The notes under the pieces were generated by a model. That model had not been told where the DNA came from and searched no databases. It worked only from the letters and a program-made list of their open reading frames with translations. Positions 49,801-59,437 of a stretch of 64,000 nt of DNA are shown piece by piece (the stretch's first letter is position 1; every line of letters starts with the position of its first letter). The DNA comes from a virus (taxonomy: Duplodnaviria > Caudoviricetes). Made by a program: the position numbers and the translations under genes. Location of the stretch: positions 1-64,000 of the IMG/VR virus record IMGVR_UViG_3300038345_000087. One strand, 5' to 3'.

Positions 49801-52602
49801 GGAGCCACGCGGAAACTTTTAGAAGAACATGCTGGCGCAAAGTTCGTTGGTAGGTATAGTAATGGTACGGGTTATAAAGATAATGTTATCTATAGAAATG
49901 GCAATTATGCTCAGATAGCTAAAAGTTCGCCTTGGGTGGTTAATACTCCGTGGATGGATGAGGTGGAAGAGATTTCAACAGCAGTTAATAATATAATAGC
50001 TGCTTATCGCGATGTTCGCAGTAAAGAAAAAGAGGTACATGACGCATTTGATGGTTTGGTGGGTGATTGGGATGCAGATTTCAGATCTTTAACTGGTGAT
50101 GAACCGCCTGGATCACTTGATAACAACGCCCCTGACAAAGACGCTCTTCGTCGTGCCAAAGAAGAAGCTGCTCGCCAGAAGAAACAATGGCGTGATGATC
50201 TCAAAGAGGCTCAGGACCGCGCACGCGCCATCATTGATAACATCAAGAATTTCTACCAGCGTCAGATTAACGAGGTACTTCGTACTGCCAACGAACAGAA
50301 TTGGGACACCTCACTCACGGATGCTGCCGTCCGTGCCGTGGAAGGTCGCATGAACCTCGCCCTCTCCAATGCTCGCAAGGCGATTGCCGGTGTGCAAAAC
50401 GATTGGGGCACATTCAAGACGGAAATGGCCGCTGATATGCGGGAAATGGCGGATGAAACGGGTTATAATGAGTCTCAGCTGTTGTTGAACAGCATTCAAG
50501 AGGCTGATCCAGATGCCATCCGTAACCTGATTATGCAACTGTCCTCTAACCTCGAATTGCCTCAGAATGCAGCCATCGATGCCATCTGGAAGAATGCTTC
50601 GCACAATGAGACGAACATCGAGACAGCTGAACAGAAACGACGCAGGGAGGTACAGAAGCGACTCCTGGATGACAACTTCACTGGTAAGGTGGATAACGAA
50701 TACACTAATTCGATGGAAACTCTCGGTTTCTTCGACCTCTCTTCCGAACAGGCTAACACGTTGCTTGCGGGAGGGGAGGATGCTGAAGCCTTGCTCCAAC
50801 GTCGTGCTCAGGAAATAGGACAAGTGTTGCAACGTGCCCGTGAGACGAACTTGTTTGCAATCCAAGATAAATACGGATTGATGGAGGCTTTGTTTGGTAA
50901 GGATTGGCAGTCACAACCGACCGAATTGGCACATGTGCTTGAACTGACTGGCGATGACCTTCAAGTGTTCTATCGCGAACTGATTAAATACTCTGACTCT
51001 TATACTGAAGCCCTCAAACGCTCCCGTGAACGCCAGAAGAAAATCCTTGATGAGCAATGGATGAAAACTACCACATTCCATGCTAATGAGGATGCTCAGA
51101 AACAGACACAAATGCTTGCTTCTGGTGTGGGACAGTTTTCGGCGAATGTGCAACAGCAACAGGAGGCGGGCGAAAGCGTACCGCGTAAGGACACCTATGG
51201 CACGGCATCGTTTATCTCTTCGATGGGACATGACCCAGAGATAGATTCTTACCGTTTGAAGATGGAGGCTGCTGCTGCTTATTATGACTTCCTCAAAGCG
51301 CATCAAGCGGATGCTGAAACACTCCGTGACGCAGAACAGGCAATCCTTCAGTCAGAAATGGAGTATGCTAAATCGGTGGCAGAACAGATGAAGCAGCGCA
51401 TCAATGACATCTACGAACTTGCTGCTCCTATCGAGGACTTTGGTACAGAGGTGGGCGAAGCGTTCGCTACGATGACCGAGGATGCAGAAGAGGGACGTAA
51501 GGCCATGAAGAAGGCCATCGGCTCCATGATTAAAGCCTTTATGAAGCAGACCGTGGAAATGTCAAAGGAGTACATCAAGCGTCGCATGATGCAGAAGATG
51601 AACGACAAACTGACATCCAAGGCCATGAAGAAGTCTATCAAACTGGAGACTGGACTCGAACAGGATAAGCAAGATGCCGTTCTGGATGTGGCAAAGCAAG
51701 GCGGACAAGCTCGTACCTTCCTGAATGAAGAGGTGGAGGGCGATGTACTTCAGGCAAAGAAGGAAATCGGCAACGAGACTTTGATCACGCAACAGACACA
51801 GACGCAACAGGAGGTGCAGACCGAATCATCCAAGACTCAGGCGAACACCACAATGGGTATTGCCAGTGGTGCGTCTAAGATCATCGGCTCGCTTGGTTGG
51901 TGGGGCATTCCGCTTATCGCCGTTATCACTGCCTTGCTGAATGGCCTCCTGTCTTTTGCCATGAGCAAGGTGTCCTCGCTTTTTGGTGGAGGCAAGGAGG
52001 CTGGTGGCGATGAAGGTCCTAACGTCAAACTGGCTTCTGGTATGTTGACATACGACTCTGGTAACGTCCAAGCCTACGCGGGTGTTATCGATGGCAAGAC
52101 TTACCCCGTTGTGGGTTCCGACGGCAAGGTGTATGCAGCAAAGGATGGCGGCGAACTTTCTACGGGCCTTGTGAAAGACCCCATCACAACGCTCATCAAT
52201 GGTCAACCGGCTCTCGTAGCAGAAAAAGGCCCTGAAATGGTGATCGGTAGAGAAACAACAGCCGCAATGATGATGGCTCGGCCTGATATTATCGCTGAGA
52301 TAGTGAAGTTCGATAAGAACCGCTCTGGCCAAACGTACCGTGCTTACGATGCTGGTAATATCGCGGAACTGATAGCCAATGGTACTGTGCCAAACGGTTT
52401 ACCCGTTGGGGAAAATGGCCTCACTCCCGAAGATATTGCCTCTCTCCGTTCTTCTCTGGATGGCTTTGCCGCTGTCATGGCTCTTATACAGAAGAATGGC
52501 TTGCACGTCAACAAGTTTGGTCGCGGGTCTGTCACAGAGGCTTCCGCATCCGGCGCAAAATTCATGCGTCAGAACTCCGGCGATCGTCTTTGGCGTGGGT
52601 AA
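46876..52602 (+). CDS. Phage tail tape measure protein
   Basis: 1908 aa helical protein; LADIRKVSGL..DTRTT..EFSKRLTG TMP core; hydrophobic segments; LVAEKGPEMVIG. Confidence 0.88.
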   Translation: MDKKTEVVITCNSKQPVAAVRAMETELKKLQGTYQQLVQAGKAGTERAKTMAHEIKELSIAIKEGKANMDKIVSVTNNLSQSSLSQLQRALRQVKKEMSRVSTDSPKLDDLRMKYKAITDQIKILSGEMLNIKKHIGNLSGVTDSWLQKAVQQQKALVQQTRQGTSEYNKQMSVLSQLSTEQARRAVSTISSGTASAEQLRSARAALVSHRDMIGSGGIQVQGNQATEIAKINEELKKADAQLDTIAGKEQKLVYSTQEIADKANQIIMDPKKFTPKEIETALTNVNNKLKEIPLNDPFRKQLKQSATQLKAILDGVDKELIDIKNLLQPQNLKKASLEQLKNAATQLEKEMAKLNRDTQEYINKKSQLATIRGEIDKATGSVHKQSSAWQTTLRNMSAYFGAFQLFSMAIQKVQAFFRLNLKFSDQLADIRKVSGLAMQDINNLANSLAKLDTRTTIQELNEIAYAGAKLGMGKYGTAGLEQFVRAANQVNVALKEDLGQDALTALSKITEVMGLIPKMGVEKSMLAVGSAMFQLSATSTATSNNIVEFSKRLTGMARTAGITTDQLLALGSASDAMYLMPEVASTAFNKLITSLQTKHNLIEQELQIEPGTINNLYSAGKTMDAIVLILEKMKAKGNMNALQGVFKDLGSEGARLVNVMVTMSKNVDMLKDHLATSEEAFSEATAVTQEYAIQQETANALMERASNIWEKSFINPKGVDNVKELAQQWYNLTRTLTESTFFMAQAKAAIWLLISSIKILIALLPVLIEFFLFRGAYAAIMAVVRGFVALRTAIQAATVAQHGLNAAQKANLFGLIATLIAAAVSWFITYREKAEDAAEAQQTVNHALADAQAEYMKTKKKLDDYVKALDDANISEDTRQRLLRSFNKDYRIYLDKLGIEVNSVNDLKTAYAKLNDEIKKKAYYELRERTLQSYVGDAQTEQANAMIEFQKVMKKYGLDVNADYVVNNQHLGMVGATRKLLEEHAGAKFVGRYSNGTGYKDNVIYRNGNYAQIAKSSPWVVNTPWMDEVEEISTAVNNIIAAYRDVRSKEKEVHDAFDGLVGDWDADFRSLTGDEPPGSLDNNAPDKDALRRAKEEAARQKKQWRDDLKEAQDRARAIIDNIKNFYQRQINEVLRTANEQNWDTSLTDAAVRAVEGRMNLALSNARKAIAGVQNDWGTFKTEMAADMREMADETGYNESQLLLNSIQEADPDAIRNLIMQLSSNLELPQNAAIDAIWKNASHNETNIETAEQKRRREVQKRLLDDNFTGKVDNEYTNSMETLGFFDLSSEQANTLLAGGEDAEALLQRRAQEIGQVLQRARETNLFAIQDKYGLMEALFGKDWQSQPTELAHVLELTGDDLQVFYRELIKYSDSYTEALKRSRERQKKILDEQWMKTTTFHANEDAQKQTQMLASGVGQFSANVQQQQEAGESVPRKDTYGTASFISSMGHDPEIDSYRLKMEAAAAYYDFLKAHQADAETLRDAEQAILQSEMEYAKSVAEQMKQRINDIYELAAPIEDFGTEVGEAFATMTEDAEEGRKAMKKAIGSMIKAFMKQTVEMSKEYIKRRMMQKMNDKLTSKAMKKSIKLETGLEQDKQDAVLDVAKQGGQARTFLNEEVEGDVLQAKKEIGNETLITQQTQTQQEVQTESSKTQANTTMGIASGASKIIGSLGWWGIPLIAVITALLNGLLSFAMSKVSSLFGGGKEAGGDEGPNVKLASGMLTYDSGNVQAYAGVIDGKTYPVVGSDGKVYAAKDGGELSTGLVKDPITTLINGQPALVAEKGPEMVIGRETTAAMMMARPDIIAEIVKFDKNRSGQTYRAYDAGNIAELIANGTVPNGLPVGENGLTPEDIASLRSSLDGFAAVMALIQKNGLHVNKFGRGSVTEASASGAKFMRQNSGDRLWRG

Positions 52603-52742
52603 TTCGCAAGGAGTCGCCAAAGGCTCCCACATTGGGTTCTTTTCAATAAAAGTTCGGTATGGTTTTCCCATACCGTTCTTTTTTTTGTTCCGTTTACTTC
52701 CCCTGTTTCCCCTATCTTTGCTTTTGAAATTTGAAATCTATT

Positions 52743-53870
52743 ATGGCCGTACATATCAATCTTCACCTTCCGACTTCCTATAACCGCTGTTCTCTACCAG
52801 AACTGCGTGCTATCGCTGCTGTTATGAGTGACTGTGCCCTTCGTGCTTCCCGTTTCCATCCGTTTGACATGATGGAAGTGAAGGTGGCCGTGTTTCTCAG
52901 ACTGACAAACCTCGAAATAGTAGAACCGCTTAATCCACGTGTTCCTGTTGAGGAACAGTACTACGTTGTGCGCACGCTTCCCTATACTGTCAATGATGAA
53001 GAAAGAAGGTGGTTCCGTGTGTTTCGATGGCATCGCAACTTAAAAGCGTGGTGCCGTCGCCATATCCTCGGACATGATGATTCCTTTTCGCTGTATCTCT
53101 GGCAAATACACTCCTGGTTATCTTCATCTAAGAGTCGTGTGACGGGAAAGGTTACGCCTGGCCTTTTGGACTGGCTGGATGCCGACAACCCAGATTCGTT
53201 ACTTATATTCCCGTTATCTTCCATTCGTCGAAGTCACCGTGCCAGATGGTTTCCCTTCGGGTCTAAAGTTACTTTCGCTGGCCCCGCACCCCTGATGGAT
53301 GGATTTAGTTGGCAACGCTATCGCTTTGCTCAGGACTATATGCAGAATTATATCAACGCATCCAATCGCCTTCTCCAGTTGCAAAAGATGGGTAATCGCG
53401 CTTCTGCTGCCGACATCCTCCGCGCCTCCAAGAATCTTGACCTCGCAAAGGCTTTGTTCCTGGCTACCATTTTTTGTCGTCGCATCACTTATGTGGATGA
53501 AGAAACGGGGCGTACTAAGACGGATTATCGCTACCAATCTAACCAACATATAGACAATGCGCCATATTTCCGAAACTTCCCTGATACGGACTGGCAACTG
53601 GTCTTGTTGTGGTGGCAGGGTATGATGCACTACTTACAAAAGACGTACCCTAAAGTTTTTAAGAAACAAAAGGTATCGAAGGATCAGAAGGCGGCTAATC
53701 CGCTTGAACTCTATACTCGCACAACGGCCACAATGGAGAAATACATATCTGCCACGGCTTCTGAGGTGGATCACGAACCTTATACGACAATTCTTCAACA
53801 TATCGAAGATATCATCAAGAATAACGAGGAAATGGAACGCATCAATGCTTCCATGAAACGTAAATCATAA
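52743..53870 (+). CDS. Hypothetical phage protein
   Basis: ORF from ATG 52743. Confidence 0.65.
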   Translation: MAVHINLHLPTSYNRCSLPELRAIAAVMSDCALRASRFHPFDMMEVKVAVFLRLTNLEIVEPLNPRVPVEEQYYVVRTLPYTVNDEERRWFRVFRWHRNLKAWCRRHILGHDDSFSLYLWQIHSWLSSSKSRVTGKVTPGLLDWLDADNPDSLLIFPLSSIRRSHRARWFPFGSKVTFAGPAPLMDGFSWQRYRFAQDYMQNYINASNRLLQLQKMGNRASAADILRASKNLDLAKALFLATIFCRRITYVDEETGRTKTDYRYQSNQHIDNAPYFRNFPDTDWQLVLLWWQGMMHYLQKTYPKVFKKQKVSKDQKAANPLELYTRTTATMEKYISATASEVDHEPYTTILQHIEDIIKNNEEMERINASMKRKS

Positions 53871-53898
53871 ATTCATCAAATCATCAATTCATTAAATT

Positions 53899-54171
53899 AT
53901 GAATACAGAAAAACTTTATTCTCGCGTCCTCGAAATTCTTATGGCGCGTTATGACTCTCCATCCATGCCTCCGGCTTCGGAGATAACGATTGACAGTTCT
54001 CTTTCTGAGGATTTGGGTATGGAATCGCTCGACATCGTAGATTTCATCATCGGCTGTGAGACGGCTTTCGACATCAAATTGGATATGGCCGACGCGAAGA
54101 ATGTTCATACCATTCGTGATCTTATTGACTTTATTCTGGAAGTGAAGCCTTCGTTATGCAACCAACTTTAA
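53899..54171 (+). CDS. Acyl carrier protein
   Basis: LSEDLGMESLDIVDFII..E.AFDIKL..TIRDL; phosphopantetheine-accepting Ser present. Confidence 0.85.
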   Translation: MNTEKLYSRVLEILMARYDSPSMPPASEITIDSSLSEDLGMESLDIVDFIIGCETAFDIKLDMADAKNVHTIRDLIDFILEVKPSLCNQL

Positions 54172-55526
54172 TCACAGGCATTGGCATCTGGTCCTGCATA
54201 GGGGAGAATCGTCAGATTGTGGAGCAATCATTACGTGCCGGACGTTCTGGCATTGGTACGGATTATCGGCGCACGGAATATGGCTATCAGTCGCCGCTCA
54301 CGGGGGTTGTCCCAGAACCAGACCTGTCACATGAACCACTGCGTAATAGCCAACGCCGTTGCTTGGCTGAACAATCAGCTTATGCTTACTTTGCTGTGAA
54401 GGAGGCTATTGCTCAAGCGGGTCTCACACCTGAACAACTACGCCATGCCGCGCTTATCGTGAGTAATGACAGTTGTGCCGCTGCTGCCTCCGAAACGGAG
54501 GAGGTAATGGCCTTGCACCATGATAGCCGACGTTTGGGTGGTTTCCATGTGTTCAAGTCACTCAATAGTACAACGTCGATGTCATTGGCTTCGATCTTCG
54601 GAATTGGCGGATTGTCCCTCTCCCTCTCTGCCGCTTGTGCTGGTGGTGGCCATGCTATTGGTCTTGCACACTCTCTTATCAATGCCGGCGTGATAGATAC
54701 GGCTATTGTTGTGGGTGCTCAGGAGGTGGGGCTTCATTCCTACACCGCCTTTGATGCACTTGGCGTATTCAGTAAAAACGTGGAAAATCCGTCGGGGGCT
54801 TCACGCCCATTTGATGTGCATCGTGACGGTCTTGTGCCTTCTGGTGGTGCTGCGTGTATCATATTGGAGTCCCGTGCGTCTTTCTCGTTTCGCCTTCCCC
54901 AAGTGGATTCTCCCTGTGCGCTCGCTGCTGTTGTTGGCTATGGTTTCTCGACATCGCCCAATGTGGTATCTCCATCTTCAGAAAGCATCCTCGCGGCTAT
55001 GAAGATGGCTATGGGATGTCACCACTTATCTGTCGCGGCTCACCTCTCTACAATCTTTCCGCACGCAACATCTACACGCGATGGGGACCGTGCCGAAGCA
55101 GAAGCCATCACATCACTTCTTCAGTCCGTTCCAGATAATCCTCTCAGCATCTATGCTTGTCTTGGAAATCAGCTTGTAGATCCTCATGCCTCATATAGCA
55201 TGAATCCGTCAGAGATAGATGGTGTTTCTTCGTGTGGTGGTTTCATAAAAAAACCGTTAGTGATTCCAACTAAGGCTCTAACAGGCCATGAATGTTGGAT
55301 GGCTGGTGTATCTCAGATAGTGTATGCTATAATCCAGTCGCAAGGCGGCTTCGCTACCCCGCACCCCAATTTATCAGAGAAAGACTTGGCAGCATCATCC
55401 TTGCACATTCCTACGGATTTGCAACAGTATGACCATACGCTCTTCCTTTGTAACGCATTTGGATTCGGAGGCACGAACTCTTCCCTCTTGCTTGCTGCAC
55501 CATCCATGATACCATCTTTGGAATAG
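54156..55526 (+). CDS. Beta-ketoacyl-ACP synthase (FabB/FabF-like)
   Basis: ITGIGIWS, SAACAGG (Cys), PHATST (His), KALTGHECW (His), AFGFGGTN. Confidence 0.9.
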   Translation: MQPTLITGIGIWSCIGENRQIVEQSLRAGRSGIGTDYRRTEYGYQSPLTGVVPEPDLSHEPLRNSQRRCLAEQSAYAYFAVKEAIAQAGLTPEQLRHAALIVSNDSCAAAASETEEVMALHHDSRRLGGFHVFKSLNSTTSMSLASIFGIGGLSLSLSAACAGGGHAIGLAHSLINAGVIDTAIVVGAQEVGLHSYTAFDALGVFSKNVENPSGASRPFDVHRDGLVPSGGAACIILESRASFSFRLPQVDSPCALAAVVGYGFSTSPNVVSPSSESILAAMKMAMGCHHLSVAAHLSTIFPHATSTRDGDRAEAEAITSLLQSVPDNPLSIYACLGNQLVDPHASYSMNPSEIDGVSSCGGFIKKPLVIPTKALTGHECWMAGVSQIVYAIIQSQGGFATPHPNLSEKDLAASSLHIPTDLQQYDHTLFLCNAFGFGGTNSSLLLAAPSMIPSLE

Positions 55527-55752
55527 GGTAGTGCGCATATATGGTGTTTCTCTGTCTTGTATGCCGCCGTAACGCGGCGGCTGGTATCTTTTTTCAATCT
55601 TCTTATTCGTCGGATTTCATTCGGAGGCTGCCGTCAGGCACGCCTCCGCCAAAGGTATCTAAACCCACATCGCGCCAGCCTAAACATAAGAGACGCGCTT
55701 TTCTTTCTCTTGTATAGAGAAAGGCGCATAATACCCCAATTTAATTCGGGTA

Positions 55753-55784
55753 CAAAATTACAATTATTTTTTCGCCCCGCCAAA
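55753..55784 (-). promoter_or_regulatory. Minus-strand Bacteroidota promoter facing a hairpin-rich non-coding segment
   Basis: Reverse complement reads TTTG-N20-TAATTTTG. Confidence 0.65.
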
Positions 55785-56531
55785 CATTTCTGGAGAAATC
55801 TTCTGTTTGGACTTCATTTTGTGTTCTTTTTCCCCGAAAAGACGCTAAAAGTCCCCAAAAGGATGGTATCATTGTCGCTGAAAATCCCTCAGATAACGCT
55901 TTTTCCGCATGATTTCGCCCGTCAAAAGGAGAAAATGATGGATTTTTCCATACCTCCCAAATTATTTTGCGTCAGAATCTTCTTAGGGGAACGGGGAAAC
56001 CCCGTACCTCAAAAGTAATTGAGCAATAATGCGAAAGCTCTGCTTTCTTCTTTGTTGTTCAGTAAGTTATGTGGAGGAAATATGAAAGCAACAATGTGGG
56101 CGAATTTGGTTTTTTGTGCCTTTTTCCTCTAATTCATTTTTTCTCATGTATGCGTAATGTTATTGAAAAAGAGGGTAAAATAACTTTTTACCTATAAATA
56201 TAGTTGTATTCCAGATAGTTTCCATAATTTAATTTTCTCTTTTCTCCGACTTTTCCCATCTTTTTACAACTTTACACTTGGTAAAAATCATCACCGAAAT
56301 CGGTTGTAGTCATAGTTGCAAGGAAAAAAGAAGAGTCAAGGGATAAATCTGTTTCTGATGAATGGTGAAATAACTTTCTTTCCCCGAAAATGGATGCCAA
56401 AACCCGAAAATAAAGCTCTGAAGTGTTAAAAATTAGCCATAAATCAGAATAAAACCGCGAAATTGTTTTGTAAATCCAAATAAAACCTTTATTTTTGCAC
56501 TTGAAATCAGTAATTCAAACAGATTAAAACA

Positions 56532-56921
56532 ATGTATAAGTATTTTTTCGTCCTAAATTGGCTAATACTTGGAATGGTCGTGCTTATCTATAATCAGATC
56601 GTTCCCTTGTTGCATGGGTATAGTGTACTCGCAGGATCCATATTCGCGGCGATGCTTTCTGGTGGATTGGTGTCGTGGCAGTTCTTCCGTGACAGTGATT
56701 CCGAAAAGGAGTGGAAATGGCGTAAACGCTATTTCCAAAAGGACTACGGAATCGAAGTGTCCGTTCAGGCGATTATAGCTGTTATCGGACTTGGGCTTTG
56801 TTGCTTGATATGGTCGAAGCTGCATGTCATTACTGGATTTGCCGTCACCTATTGTTTTAATGTCCTTATAGAATGGGGTTGGGCTAAGGCTCATCATTGG
56901 GGTAAATACGCCCGTCACTGA
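56532..56921 (+). CDS. Membrane protein (4 TM)
   Basis: Four hydrophobic segments. Confidence 0.65.
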   Translation: MYKYFFVLNWLILGMVVLIYNQIVPLLHGYSVLAGSIFAAMLSGGLVSWQFFRDSDSEKEWKWRKRYFQKDYGIEVSVQAIIAVIGLGLCCLIWSKLHVITGFAVTYCFNVLIEWGWAKAHHWGKYARH

Positions 56922-56942
56922 TATACATATATATAATAAGGT

Positions 56943-57953
56943 ATGTTCAACGTCCTTTGTTCCATATATACAGATGCCCATGACAACAGTGGTCGCTTTG
57001 TTGACCGCGAGACGGGCGAGGTCATTCAGCAGATGACCATACACGACTTCTGCCTCACAGACAGATGGAAGCCGGTGGTGGACCAGCTGCGTGGGATGGT
57101 GGCGCAATATGGGGCAAAGGCAGCGAAGGCCCGTGATGAATACAAACAGACTAAAACGCTACTCCCTGGGGCTACGTTATCTGGTCTCTTTGAACTGCGT
57201 GAGGTGGAAACGGAGAAGGTGAATAAGCGTACAGGGGAGGTATTCATGGCGAAGGAATGGGTGTCACGTCGCACGGCACATCTACTCCAGCATACAGGCT
57301 TCCTTTGTATAGACATTGACCTTCAGGACAATCAGAGTCTTGCGGATATGAAGATTATCCTACGTACACTTCGACATCGGCCAGAAGTGGCTCTTTTGAT
57401 GCAGTCGTGCTCTGGTACAGGTTATTTCGCTCTTATTCCATTGGCTTATCCGCAATATCATAAAGAACATTTCCGTGCTCTCCTTCGTGATTATGCCGCT
57501 CTTGGCATCAAAATAGACAAACAATGTGGTGATGTTACCCGCATTCGATTTGCCTCTTATGATGCAGATCCTTATATAAACAGCAATGCGATTCCATACT
57601 CAGGTATAGACCTCGGACAACAGATGTTGGCACCAAAGGCAGCGGTCTATTCGCCTCGTTCTGAAAGTACGGATGACCTGGTGAATAAGGTGGGTATTCT
57701 TGTGGAGAAACTGGAACGGCATCATGTAGATATCACTAACGATTACGGCGACTGGTTTCGGGTAGGTTTCTCGCTGGCGAACCTTCCAGAACCTTGGGGC
57801 CGTCAATTCTTTCATCGGGTTTCGGCCATCTGTGAGAAATACAATCCATCCATTTGTGATCAGAAGTTTAATACGCTTCAGCAACCAGATCGTATAGGCA
57901 TTGGTACGTTTTTCTCCATCTGCGCTGACTATGGCATAACACTTAAAAGTTAA
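56943..57953 (+). CDS. BT4734/VirE-N-like primase domain plus PriCT-2
   Basis: KTLLPGATLSG, TGFLCIDID, SCSGTG, DVTRIRFASYD; C-terminal YGDWFRVGFSLA..GRQFFHRVS..IGIGTFF. Confidence 0.8.
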   Translation: MFNVLCSIYTDAHDNSGRFVDRETGEVIQQMTIHDFCLTDRWKPVVDQLRGMVAQYGAKAAKARDEYKQTKTLLPGATLSGLFELREVETEKVNKRTGEVFMAKEWVSRRTAHLLQHTGFLCIDIDLQDNQSLADMKIILRTLRHRPEVALLMQSCSGTGYFALIPLAYPQYHKEHFRALLRDYAALGIKIDKQCGDVTRIRFASYDADPYINSNAIPYSGIDLGQQMLAPKAAVYSPRSESTDDLVNKVGILVEKLERHHVDITNDYGDWFRVGFSLANLPEPWGRQFFHRVSAICEKYNPSICDQKFNTLQQPDRIGIGTFFSICADYGITLKS

Positions 57954-57973
57954 TTATAACTCTCAATTTATAT

Positions 57974-58858
57974 ATGAAAACAATTACACCATCTGCCGAA
58001 TTATGGCAACAACCTGAAGATTGGCATGAACATGTGGCTCGCTGTGCTCGTGTTTGCTATGCTTCTGAAACAGGCTCTCTCACACCTGAAGTGTTCTGTG
58101 ACTCACTCATCAAGAAAGTCCACCTTTCAATGTTTCGTCATGCCAGTCGATATTTTGTGTTCATGGTGGAGAATGTTGAACCGAAGTTCCCACAATGGAT
58201 TTGTAATGTACTCACTAATTCTCCATTCGTCGCTTGTGTCTATAAGAAGATAAAGCACCAAGGACGTATTTATTTCGTATCGACTAATGAACAGTTCCTT
58301 ATGGAGCACCCGAAGTATTTTGAGGAACTTCGGGGCTATGAGGTAACGGTAAGTGATTTCGTACAGAAGGTAGAGGAACATAGTTTTCCTATGGCTCTTA
58401 ACGTACTTCGTTATACAGTCTGTGTGACAACACAGATATCTACTTCTCGCGAATTGAATCGTACTTCACCAAACAACATCGCGGAACAGTCAACGCGCTT
58501 CGTGAACTTCGGTAAGAAGGGTGGTATCACCATTTGTACGCCGCATTGGTTCCAGTGTGCTCATTGGTCTAAAAGACTGTTGGCACATGTCACATGGAAA
58601 CTCGGCGAATGTGCCTATAATTTTGCTATTCGTCTCGGATTGCCGGCACAAGATGCCCGTGGATTCCTGCCGCTTGATACGGCTACACGTGTGGTATATA
58701 CTTATTCAGTTTTTGAGTGGAAGCACATTATGGGACTTCGCCTCGTTGGTTCGACGGGCAAACCACATCCAAACGCTCAAATAGCTGCACAACTGATACA
58801 CGATGCGATAATTCCCGTAATGCGTATCTATGGAGGAGAAAAGGCCAAATTAGTATAA
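57974..58858 (+). CDS. thyX: FAD-dependent thymidylate synthase
   Basis: ARVCYAS, HLSMFRH, SRELNR..AEQSTRFVN, ARGFLP, PHPNAQ. Confidence 0.85.
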   Translation: MKTITPSAELWQQPEDWHEHVARCARVCYASETGSLTPEVFCDSLIKKVHLSMFRHASRYFVFMVENVEPKFPQWICNVLTNSPFVACVYKKIKHQGRIYFVSTNEQFLMEHPKYFEELRGYEVTVSDFVQKVEEHSFPMALNVLRYTVCVTTQISTSRELNRTSPNNIAEQSTRFVNFGKKGGITICTPHWFQCAHWSKRLLAHVTWKLGECAYNFAIRLGLPAQDARGFLPLDTATRVVYTYSVFEWKHIMGLRLVGSTGKPHPNAQIAAQLIHDAIIPVMRIYGGEKAKLV

Positions 58859-58877
58859 CTTTTAATTCAATAAACAA

Positions 58878-59432
58878 ATGAAAACATTTCTCTACATTCT
58901 AAAATCTCTGCTTATTGCAGTTGTTGTGATCGTCGCTGTGATGGTCTCTGAACATTTCCTTGGTCACATGTGGACGGAAGCCATTTTGTTGATTCTCTTG
59001 TTGACGATGATTGTATTTGATGTAACCCGTAAAAAGGAGAAACATAATTTATCCATTACGATTCACAAGCAGGAGGTGACAACAGAAGGGATTTTGGCTT
59101 TTCTTGAAGAGATAGGCAATGATAAAGCCATATCTATTCTTGACAAAGTGGATAGTTGTATTCAACCTCCATTCGCTGAACTCAATCCAGAACAACAGGT
59201 GATGAAGTCTGAGGAGAATGCTATCCGCACTCGACTTCGTGAAACGCTGAAATTCCTGTCCTCTGACACCTTCAAGTCTTGGTCTGATGAAAAGCAGATG
59301 GCACTACGCCGTCAGGTGGGTGCTATGATTTTGTATCATGGCACGCTGTATAATCGCTGCACCGACGAAGGGGTACTTATTGAAAGAAAAGAAGAAACTA
59401 CCGTATCTGCTGATGCGGATAAAGAAGAGTAG
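58878..59432 (+). CDS. Membrane-anchored hypothetical protein
   Basis: Two N-terminal TMs; LRRQVGAM..Y..L..R C-terminal domain. Confidence 0.6.
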   Translation: MKTFLYILKSLLIAVVVIVAVMVSEHFLGHMWTEAILLILLLTMIVFDVTRKKEKHNLSITIHKQEVTTEGILAFLEEIGNDKAISILDKVDSCIQPPFAELNPEQQVMKSEENAIRTRLRETLKFLSSDTFKSWSDEKQMALRRQVGAMILYHGTLYNRCTDEGVLIERKEETTVSADADKEE

Positions 59433-59437
59433 TAGAA

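Noticed and set aside
49000-50050. More AT-rich segment inside the tape measure gene as an intron or insertion element
   Set aside because: Frame is open and no intron, intein or IS hallmarks are visible; more likely a recombined TMP segment
55557-56018. 153-aa plus-strand ORF
   Set aside because: F/R-rich composition typical of non-coding DNA; overlaps a minus-strand promoter and hairpins
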